DNA of 64,000 nt from positions 32,001 to 96,000 of the IMG/VR virus record IMGVR_UViG_3300023184_000045; one strand, 5' to 3'. The notes below the pieces were generated by a model. That model saw only the letters and a list, made by a program, of their open reading frames with translations, ran no database searches and had not been told where the DNA came from. Shown here piece by piece: positions 47,823 to 55,058 of this stretch (position 1 is the stretch's first letter; each line of letters begins with the position of its first letter). Position numbers and translations under genes: made by a program. The DNA comes from a virus.

Positions 47823-48671
47823 ATGGAAAATCAACGCAAAAACCCACTTGCTGGGCATTTCAGACAGCCTGCCATTTACTTAAATTTGCCTAGTAAAGGC
47901 CGGTGGTGGGGTGAAAATGCCCTTGATATGCCAGCAAATCAAGAAATACCAATTTACCCAATGAGTACCAAAGATGAAATTATACTCAGAACACCAGACG
48001 CACTGCTAAATGGACAAGGAATTGTAGATGTAATACACAGTTGCTGCCCAAACATACTAGACGCCTGGAAGATGCCTAGCATTGACACAGATGCTATTTT
48101 GATAGCAATACGCATTGCCACCTACGGCAATCAAATGAATTTTGACAGTAAATGCGCACACTGCGGCGAAGAAAACACGCACAGCGTTGATTTGAGCATG
48201 CCGCTAGCCAGCTTAAAATGCCCGGACTATTCTAGTTTATTAGAATATAAAGACTTAAAAATACGCTTTAAACCACAGTTTTACTTTACAGCCAATAAGT
48301 CAAACATGCTAGAATTTGAAGAACAAAAGATATTAAGTCTATTAAATTCTGCCGATATGGACCCAGACGAAAAAGCTGCACAATTATCTAAGAGTTTAGA
48401 TAAGATGTTTGATTATGGCCTGCAGGCATGCACTCAAAGTACAGACTATATTGAACTAGCAGACGGAACAAGGGTCGACGACTCAGAGTTTATATTTGAA
48501 TTTTATAAAAATGCCGAAAGTGAAGTGGTAAGACTGCTGCAAGCCAAAGTCACAGACTTGTCTAAACAGGCTCGCCCAGCAGGTATAACGCTGGCCTGTC
48601 AAGAATGTCATAAACCTTATGAAATTGAACTAGCATTCGATTACGCAAATTTTTTCGGCAGAGGCTTTTAA
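47823..48671 (+). CDS. g26: Baseplate hub/tail assembly chaperone (T4 gp26-like)
   Basis: NPLxxxFRQPAIYLNLPSKGRWW, PIYPMxxKDEIILRTPDALLNG, DxDAILIAIRIATYG, CxxC twice, ending NFFGRGF. The ATG at 47823 is preferred over the 47712 start in the ORF track. Confidence 0.8.
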   Translation: MENQRKNPLAGHFRQPAIYLNLPSKGRWWGENALDMPANQEIPIYPMSTKDEIILRTPDALLNGQGIVDVIHSCCPNILDAWKMPSIDTDAILIAIRIATYGNQMNFDSKCAHCGEENTHSVDLSMPLASLKCPDYSSLLEYKDLKIRFKPQFYFTANKSNMLEFEEQKILSLLNSADMDPDEKAAQLSKSLDKMFDYGLQACTQSTDYIELADGTRVDDSEFIFEFYKNAESEVVRLLQAKVTDLSKQARPAGITLACQECHKPYEIELAFDYANFFGRGF

Positions 48672-48889
48672 CTCTAACCACGGACGCAGAGATCATCAAG
48701 TTCCTAGAGGGACACGATCGAGAAGTAAAAGCCTTAAAAGAAGAAGTAATGCGTATGTGTTGGTATATGCGTGGTGGCATTACATACCCAGAACTCATGG
48801 AAATGAGCGCTAATGAAAGACTCATTATTGGGGAAATCATTAAGAGTAATTTAGAAACTACTAAAGAAACACGAATGCCTTTCTTCTGA
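48653..48889 (+). CDS. -1-frame extension of gp26-like gene (gp51/tail-chaperone T-like; 78 codons; absent from the ORF track)
   Basis: Open from the slippery T TTT TTC (48650-48656): FRQRLLTLTTDAEIIKFLEGHDREVKALKEEVMRMCWYMRGGITYPELMEMSANERLIIGEIIKSNLETTKETRMPFF. The first in-frame ATG is at 48749. Confidence 0.7.
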   Translation, partial: FRQRLLTLTTDAEIIKFLEGHDREVKALKEEVMRMCWYMRGGITYPELMEMSANERLIIGEIIKSNLETTKETRMPFF

Positions 48890-49347
48890 AGTTCTTTATC
48901 TGTTCGAGACTTGCAATGCAAGTCTATTGCTATCGCTATCGCTCAGCAATATTTTTCCTTCTAATCTAATGAACTGTTTTAATACTTCTAATTCAGATAT
49001 ATTATCTAGATGTAGATCACAATTCGGCCCAGCAGGCCAAAATTGTGATCGAGACATTATCTGAGTGCCTTCAACACACTAACTATAAGAGATTGCCTGC
49101 TGGTGCAAACACGGAGGCGGTCATCCTGTACCCCCTACTCTAGATTCGATTATGACGGTACACTATACAATAACTAGTTAGCGCCATTGTTAGTGCTTGG
49201 GTTGTATATTTTTTACAGAGCCCAGATCATTTAATACCTTACGTTGGTATCTTACCGTGCAGCTCCTAAGTCCGCGGGTGTTATTTCACACACACTCAAT
49301 AGGGATCGAGGTACCTCGATCAAACAACGCTGCTATAATAATTTGCC
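48890..49347 (-). ncRNA. Candidate large structured non-coding RNA (or RNA-primed origin)
   Basis: About 460 nt with no credible ORF, the largest intergenic tract in the window. At least 7 stems, including 48907-48925, 48925-48951, 48993-49064 and the palindrome 49304-49321. Confidence 0.45.
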
Positions 49348-49869
49348 TTATTGGCTGGATTCACATATTTGTTCTATTGTTTTGGAATTTGTAGTCCAGA
49401 AAGATTCAAAGTCTTGAATTATCCATGTGCCATAATTGGGAGAGATATACGTGGAGTAGTTGGGATTTAGTGTTAGACTTGGTGTCGGTTGGCAGGCAAT
49501 ATAAGTGCCCTTGCGATTAAATTTCATAAGCAATACATTAAAGTCGCCTGTGTTGGCCACTTCTAATAATTGCCCAATCCATTTTTCTAGTATAGGTATT
49601 GTACCTTGATAAAGTTGATGGAATGGAAAATCGGCATAACTCTTTGCTTCCGCATTGAAATATTTCCAAGATTCCGGAGGAACAATATCTCCTTTGAAGC
49701 TTTTAACTTGACTTGCATCAAGACTTGCTTTTCTAAAAGAATTTGTTCCACCAATGTACGCTCCGCTGTGTGGTGCTCTGATAAAAGAGGCATTATGCTG
49801 CTCAGATAGAAACTTGGCAACTAAACGTTCCCAGGAATTTCCTTTATTTTTGCTTTTTGATCCACTCAT
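49348..49869 (-). CDS. Holliday-junction-resolvase-like PD-(D/E)XK nuclease (Hjc type)
   Basis: KNKGNSWER...GDI...EAKSY catalytic pattern; a TAAGTA promoter variant lies at 49891-49896. Confidence 0.75.
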   Translation of the reverse strand: MSGSKSKNKGNSWERLVAKFLSEQHNASFIRAPHSGAYIGGTNSFRKASLDASQVKSFKGDIVPPESWKYFNAEAKSYADFPFHQLYQGTIPILEKWIGQLLEVANTGDFNVLLMKFNRKGTYIACQPTPSLTLNPNYSTYISPNYGTWIIQDFESFWTTNSKTIEQICESSQ

Positions 49870-49928
49870 TGATTTTTGTACCTTGACTATTACTTAGCTT
49901 AATTCTCTGTATCTGTGTATTTTTTATT

Positions 49929-50006
49929 AAAAAGCTGCGGCTGGGTGGCCACATGTTGGCAAATTACATTTTATCGTTATTATTAAGTATTCGTCCCAAC
50001 CGCAGC
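49929..50006 (-). terminator. Long-loop 12-bp stem plus U5 after gp46 (terminator-like or processing element)
   Basis: GCUGCGGUUGGG(50006-49995) pairs with CCCAGCCGCAGC(49945-49934), with one G-U on the minus strand, then UUUUU. Confidence 0.5.
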
Positions 50007-50018
50007 AATTCCGTTTAA

Positions 50019-51785
50019 CTATGAGTCTACATCGGTTCCATACGTGGTATAGCCATTGCTCTTGGTAACCCTGAGTATATTTTCAACCCTGGCAACTAAT
50101 TCATCGCGATGACTAACTAACCACACGCTCTTTTTGCCGTCCCTGCTGAGCTTTTTAAGGATAGCCAAAGAACTTTCCATTCCGCTGGAATCCAGTCCCG
50201 AATCAACCAATTCATCAACAAATAGTAGATTGACTTTCTGATATAGACTTTCCCAAACATCGCGGAATGCCCAGCTCAGACTTAAGATAAGTCTGTTGCG
50301 TTCGCCTCTGCTGAGATTGTCAAAATCTAAATCTCTACCTAGCTCAGTAATACTTACCGTTAGATCGTTTTGAAATTCCACTTGATGTGGCAAACCAATC
50401 TTTTCTAAGTAATAGCTGAGTCTAGTATTTAAATAACTCAAGTTTTGATCAATGATTTTTTTACGAATAAAACTATCTTTGTTGGTCAGCAACTTGAGCA
50501 AAAACTCTTCGTGATCTTTCATCTTGGTCAGCTGATTGATATTATCATAGCTGACTTCTTCTAGAGCAGTTTTTGTCATCTCTTCAATTTGATCACCATA
50601 GGGATCAACTTCAAGTTTCTTCTGCTCGATCTGCTGCAATAGGTTTGCCAGTGTAGCTCTGTGCTCGACAGCATCAGACTCACGATCATAGAATATATCA
50701 GGACGCGGACCTAACTCACCCAAATCTTTTAATGTTTGAGTATGTTCTAAGTATTGACCATTCGTTGCCAAAGCCTGCAACGAGGCTTCTTGTAGTGCTG
50801 TTACCTTCTCATCCAACACACTTACATGCTTTTGATCATGGAACTCTTGTCCACAAGCATAGCAAGTGTGATTTTTTAAATCACTAATTTCTTTTGTTAG
50901 TGTGTTTATTAACTTTTCTTCTTTGGCCTCATCGAGCTCGCATCGCTTGATTAAACTGTTAAGAGATTTAATCTTTTCTGCTTTCTTGTTGTAGGCTGTC
51001 AGCGAGCGGTGTGCAGCTAGTTCTGCTTCGATGTCAATTTGATTCAATTGATCGTATGCACTTTGTAACTGCTCACAGTCTGTGTTGTATTTGTTGACCC
51101 AGAGTGTTTGTCTACGTCGCAGTGCTTGAATTTGTTCTTCGATACGCTTGTTTGCATCAATAACAGCTCTGATGCGAAACTCGTCTTGCTGTATGTCGTC
51201 TTTAGTCTGTTTAATTCTTTCTTTGAGTACTTCTGCTTTTTCACTTAGCAAAGTAATACCCATCAGCTGCTCAATGATTTCTCGTTGATCGCTGGCTTTT
51301 AAACTTAGAAACGGCTCTGTGTAGGTGTTTAACGCAACAATATGTTTGAACATATTGTGGCTCATGCACAACAGTCGCTCAATGTCTTGCTGCGTTTCTC
51401 TGCTATCGCCTTGGCTTTCGTCGACAATTTGTTGTTCAACATCGGCAACATAAAATTTCATTACATTAGGTTTGCGTCCGCGTTCAATTCTATATTCAAC
51501 GCCGTCTTTTTCAAAATCGATAGTAACCATCATGCCTTTGGCATTAGTTCTATTAATCAAATTGTCTTTTTTAATATTGGTTAGTGCATTGCCATACAAA
51601 GCATAGCTAACTATATTCAATAATGCGCTTTTTCCAGTACCATTGCGGGCACCGCTATCGTCGCCGCCTAAGTCAAGATTCTCACCCAATATCAGTGTTA
51701 GATCGTTACGATCTAAATTGACACTCTGGGTAACGTTGCCAATCGACAAGAAGTTTTTTGCTGTAACAGATTTTATTTTAAGCAT
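50019..51785 (-). CDS. g46: Recombination exonuclease ATPase subunit (T4 gp46 / SbcC-Rad50 family)
   Basis: Walker A NGTGKS, zinc hook CYAC, signature LSRGE, Walker B LLFVDE, H-loop VSH. Confidence 0.96.
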   Translation of the reverse strand: MLKIKSVTAKNFLSIGNVTQSVNLDRNDLTLILGENLDLGGDDSGARNGTGKSALLNIVSYALYGNALTNIKKDNLINRTNAKGMMVTIDFEKDGVEYRIERGRKPNVMKFYVADVEQQIVDESQGDSRETQQDIERLLCMSHNMFKHIVALNTYTEPFLSLKASDQREIIEQLMGITLLSEKAEVLKERIKQTKDDIQQDEFRIRAVIDANKRIEEQIQALRRRQTLWVNKYNTDCEQLQSAYDQLNQIDIEAELAAHRSLTAYNKKAEKIKSLNSLIKRCELDEAKEEKLINTLTKEISDLKNHTCYACGQEFHDQKHVSVLDEKVTALQEASLQALATNGQYLEHTQTLKDLGELGPRPDIFYDRESDAVEHRATLANLLQQIEQKKLEVDPYGDQIEEMTKTALEEVSYDNINQLTKMKDHEEFLLKLLTNKDSFIRKKIIDQNLSYLNTRLSYYLEKIGLPHQVEFQNDLTVSITELGRDLDFDNLSRGERNRLILSLSWAFRDVWESLYQKVNLLFVDELVDSGLDSSGMESSLAILKKLSRDGKKSVWLVSHRDELVARVENILRVTKSNGYTTYGTDVDS

Positions 51786-52801
51786 TAGAGAGTTTGATAG
51801 ATTTCAAGCAACAAGTTAGTATTATAGTTTTCACTGGTAATACCTGTCAATTGATTAGATACAATTTGATCAACGCTTTGAAAAGATATGTTGCCTTGTG
51901 CAACCATGCCTTCAAGGTCTACGTTTGATTGTGGTATTAATTTAATCTCTCTGAGATGATGGCTGTTAATAAATGTTTCTTTGATAAAGCTAGCTTCTTC
52001 GTAGCTAATGTCAATATCTAAGTTAACCCTGGCATGCATATTTCTGCGTAACAACCTGTCGGAGTCATTTAAGATGCTGCTAAGATTGTAAACTCGGTAC
52101 ACGGGTTGATCGGGCCAGGCATGATACACTGGCTCTTGTCCCCATTCGAGTATCATTAGCCCGCGTTCGTCGTCGCCAGCATCGGCATAGTTATGTGGAA
52201 AGCAATTGCCAATGTAGGTAATGTTCTTTTTAGTTTGGCGTTTGTGAAAATGTCCGGTAAACACATGATCAAAGTGATTAAAGTCTTCTCTATGTACAGT
52301 GCCATGGTCAGGCATTTCTACCATAGCATTCATCATGTAACCTGGCAGTTCAAAATGCCCAAACATATATTTGGCAGCCAGCTTAGGAATACGTTTGTGG
52401 TCATCTGCAACAAGCCAAGGAGCAATAACTACATCACCCTCAATAAGCCAGTCATTGCAAATGACTACATTAGATAAATGTTTAGCCCACTCGACACTTT
52501 GTACATCGCGCTTGTCTCGGTAATACAAATCATGATTGCCGGGTATAAAGAATACCCTATCAAAATTTGCATTTAAGTGTTCTAATGCTTGTAGGCTGTA
52601 ATTAAGGGTAACAATGTTAATGCTAGCTCTATTGTTATGCCAATCGCCAAGGAACATAGCGGTTTCACAACCTTCTTCCTTGGCTTTGGCAGTAGCCCAC
52701 TTGACAAAGTTCAAACAATCATCGTTGTGTTGGCTGCTGTTTGACTTTAGCCCAAAGTGGATGTCAGTGAAAACAGCGGCTTTTTTAAAAAGATTACTCA
52801 T
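51785..52801 (-). CDS. g47: Recombination exonuclease nuclease subunit (T4 gp47 / SbcD-Mre11 family)
   Basis: Metallophosphoesterase motifs DIH, GDW, GNHD, GHFE and GHFH. Confidence 0.95.
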   Translation of the reverse strand: MSNLFKKAAVFTDIHFGLKSNSSQHNDDCLNFVKWATAKAKEEGCETAMFLGDWHNNRASINIVTLNYSLQALEHLNANFDRVFFIPGNHDLYYRDKRDVQSVEWAKHLSNVVICNDWLIEGDVVIAPWLVADDHKRIPKLAAKYMFGHFELPGYMMNAMVEMPDHGTVHREDFNHFDHVFTGHFHKRQTKKNITYIGNCFPHNYADAGDDERGLMILEWGQEPVYHAWPDQPVYRVYNLSSILNDSDRLLRRNMHARVNLDIDISYEEASFIKETFINSHHLREIKLIPQSNVDLEGMVAQGNISFQSVDQIVSNQLTGITSENYNTNLLLEIYQTL

Positions 52802-52807
52802 TCATCT

Positions 52808-52837
52808 ATTATAACAATTTATCCATTGGTATGTAAA
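52808..52837 (-). promoter_or_regulatory. Sigma70-type promoter for g47-g46 (TTTACA-18-TATAAT, extended -10 TGn)
   Basis: Minus strand TTTACA taccaatggataaattgt TATAAT agatga ATG. Confidence 0.7.
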
Positions 52838-52848
52838 GCAATATGGCG

Positions 52849-53730
52849 TTAATCGTGATCGCCGTCGCTGCCACCCGAGTACCCAGATGACATACCTTGT
52901 CTAGTGTAACTTGGATTAAAGTTATTCATTTCTAAAATGTCATCGCGTAAGTTTTGATTACGTTTTTCAATATTTAACACACGAGTAAAGCTATTAGTGA
53001 TAGCGGCAGTATAATACGCAAAAGGGTTCTGCGATTTTGACTCGTCAAATTGTAGTCCAATTTGGCTGAGTTGTAACAGTGCTTGGCTTCGCATTTCGTC
53101 ATTGTATGTATATCCTCTCCAATTTGATCTTGTTGCATAGCGCTCACATAGTTTCATAAACATTAAGGCTAGCTTTTTAGTCATTGAACCGTGATCCCTA
53201 GACCACTCGCCTGTGTCTAAATTGCCCTTCCAGTGGCTTTTACCTACGCAATAGCTGGTACCTTCTGTGTCAATTTTATAGTGCTGGAATGGTGGAAAGT
53301 TACATTTGGTATATTTGATCACGGCTATTGGTACTTTGTAGTCTTCGTCGTCGTCGTACTCGGTGTGGGCAGCAGCCTCTTCATCGGCAGCGTCCTGACT
53401 CTTTTTAGTAGCAGCTTCGTTAATTGGCACATGTGCCCAGGTCATTACCCGAAAAATTACATCGGTAGTAGGGATTTCTTCGGTCGGAAGTAAAAACTCA
53501 TCTAATTTACGTTTTTCTCCTAGTGCAACAGCAGCTTCTAGCTGTAGCTTTGCTAGACGTTCTGCTCGATTTTCCTGTGCTTGCCGAATGTTATCCGTGG
53601 TGATCTGTGCTAGATCGTGGATAATCATATCATAATCGGCATAATCCGGCGATGTAAAAGTACAGTAAGTACTCTTGCTACGGTGTATCTCTTTTAAGAT
53701 ATCTTTGTTGTTTAGATAATTGTGTTTAAT
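52849..53730 (-). CDS. g55: Late-transcription sigma factor (T4 gp55-like)
   Basis: NYLNNKDILKEI, LCERYATRSNWRGYTYNDEM, FDESKSQNPFAYYTAAITNSFTRVLNIEK. The start is probably ATT at 53730 (AGGAG 7 nt upstream); the ORF track uses TTG at 53748. Confidence 0.85.
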   Translation of the reverse strand: MKHNYLNNKDILKEIHRSKSTYCTFTSPDYADYDMIIHDLAQITTDNIRQAQENRAERLAKLQLEAAVALGEKRKLDEFLLPTEEIPTTDVIFRVMTWAHVPINEAATKKSQDAADEEAAAHTEYDDDEDYKVPIAVIKYTKCNFPPFQHYKIDTEGTSYCVGKSHWKGNLDTGEWSRDHGSMTKKLALMFMKLCERYATRSNWRGYTYNDEMRSQALLQLSQIGLQFDESKSQNPFAYYTAAITNSFTRVLNIEKRNQNLRDDILEMNNFNPSYTRQGMSSGYSGGSDGDHD

Positions 53731-53765
53731 TTTTATTCTCCTGAGCAAATTACTGCGTTATTTTT

Positions 53766-53794
53766 AGTTTAGCATACAATTCAATTGATTGCAA
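53766..53794 (-). promoter_or_regulatory. Sigma70-type promoter for the late sigma gene (TTGCAA-17-TAAACT, TGn extension)
   Basis: -35 at 53789-53794, -10 at 53766-53771, 17-nt spacer. Confidence 0.65.
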
Positions 53795-53826
53795 CCATTG
53801 GTATAAACATAGCACATTTTAAACGG

Positions 53827-53834
53827 TATAAATA
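53827..53834 (+). promoter_or_regulatory. Late promoter TATAAATA for the baseplate operon
   Basis: Exact consensus 21 nt before the GTG at 53856, with SD AAGGAA between. Confidence 0.75.
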
Positions 53835-53855
53835 TACAAAAGAAGGAATACTATT

Positions 53856-54755
53856 GTGTCAGACTACCTAGGACTATATGATTACATATCGGGACAGCAA
53901 GCACCAAAGGCACGGCAAGAAATTCACATTGCACCTGGGGATTACCCTGCACGGTTAGATTCACCGTCGGATTCTGATCCTTATCAAAATTTAAATGCAT
54001 TTACACCCGACGCTGCTACCAGACTTGCTGCCGCCGGATTAACAGCTGGCGGGTTTGCTCCATCTGCAACCGGTGTTAATACAGGTGGTATAGATTTTAG
54101 TCAAGGATCGTACGGAAACGCCGATTCTGGAAACACTGGCTATTCTTACAACAACAGCCCTGCTCAGTCTAGAGCAACCAGCAGCAGCGGAGTAGATTGG
54201 CGTTTAAAAATCAGCTGCAAAGCAATCGGGTTAAGTGGTATTCTATCTCCTTTAGCTAAATCAAATGGGGTAATATTTCCAATTACTCCAACGGTGAACA
54301 TGACGTATCAAGCAAACTATTCTCCACAACGCTATACGCATAGCAATTATCCAATGTATTCATATGAGAATAGCGAAGTGCAAGCTATTTCAGTCTCTGG
54401 GGAATTTACCGCTCAAAATAAAGAAGAAGCTGCGTATGTATTAGCTTGTATTTATTTCTTCCGGGCAACTACTAAAATGTTTTTTGGCAGTGGCGCCAAT
54501 GCAGGCAGTCCACCACCTATTGTTAGATTAAAAGGTTACGGTGACCAGTATTTGCCTAACGTGCCGTGTATAGTAACACAATTTGCGCATATTATGCCAC
54601 AAGATGTTGATTATATCAGCAGTGGAACAACACGAATACCAACAGTTAGTACAATATCTTTAAGTCTACAACCGTTATATAGCAAGGCTACTATTAAAAA
54701 CTTTGATTTACAAAAATTTGCCAGTGGTGGCCTAGTAGGATCGGGATTCCTATAA
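53856..54755 (+). CDS. Baseplate tail-tube cap/initiator (gp48/gp54-like)
   Basis: VIFPITPTVNMTYQANY...THSNYP..SY.NSEV..ISVSGEFTAQ and PPPIVRLKGYG, a tube-fold pattern; first gene of the baseplate operon. Confidence 0.65.
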   Translation: MSDYLGLYDYISGQQAPKARQEIHIAPGDYPARLDSPSDSDPYQNLNAFTPDAATRLAAAGLTAGGFAPSATGVNTGGIDFSQGSYGNADSGNTGYSYNNSPAQSRATSSSGVDWRLKISCKAIGLSGILSPLAKSNGVIFPITPTVNMTYQANYSPQRYTHSNYPMYSYENSEVQAISVSGEFTAQNKEEAAYVLACIYFFRATTKMFFGSGANAGSPPPIVRLKGYGDQYLPNVPCIVTQFAHIMPQDVDYISSGTTRIPTVSTISLSLQPLYSKATIKNFDLQKFASGGLVGSGFL

Positions 54756-55057
54756 TGACTGCAAAATACTCTAAATATAGTCCATACTATGCAACTACTG
54801 TAACGGGCGGATTTCTTGACGTACTAAAATATAGACCCATACCAAAAAATTCATTAGATGTCAAATATACAATCGATACAATTTATGCATACCGTCCCGA
54901 TTTATTATCGTCGGACCTGTATGGCAATTCGGGACTATGGTGGGTGTTTGCTATGCGCAATCCAAACGTGATCAAAGATCCTGTATTTGATTTTTATCCC
55001 GGGCAAGTAATTTATATTCCTAACAAGTCTACTTTGATTTCAACATTGGGAATATAA
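54755..55057 (+). CDS. g53: Baseplate wedge protein (gp53-like, LysM-type)
   Basis: YRPDLLSSDLYGNSGLWWVFAMRNP...IYIP. Confidence 0.8.
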   Translation: MTAKYSKYSPYYATTVTGGFLDVLKYRPIPKNSLDVKYTIDTIYAYRPDLLSSDLYGNSGLWWVFAMRNPNVIKDPVFDFYPGQVIYIPNKSTLISTLGI

Positions 55058-55058
55058 A

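Noticed and set aside
48562-48921. 119-aa minus-strand ORF from the track
   Set aside because: Overlaps the gp26-like gene and its -1 extension in antisense; no motifs or SD.
48895-49010. Group I intron P7-like GTTCGAGACT, and a pC194-like nick sequence (ATCTAGATAATA on the minus strand)
   Set aside because: The other intron core elements and an interrupted exon are missing. The nick-like 12-mer is AT-rich with a mismatch, and no rolling-circle Rep is present.
49130-49165. tRNA-like TTCGATT loop
   Set aside because: No T-stem pairing, acceptor stem or anticodon arm around it.
49844-49954. 36-codon minus-strand ORF MWPPSRSFL...
   Set aside because: No SD, it starts inside the RNA stem, and it overlaps the nuclease start out of frame; unsupported without conservation data.
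38690-53748. Inteins, introns or homing endonucleases in capsid, portal, gp46, gp47 or gp55
   Set aside because: All are of normal length with contiguous motifs; no splice-junction or LAGLIDADG/HNH/GIY-YIG signatures were seen.
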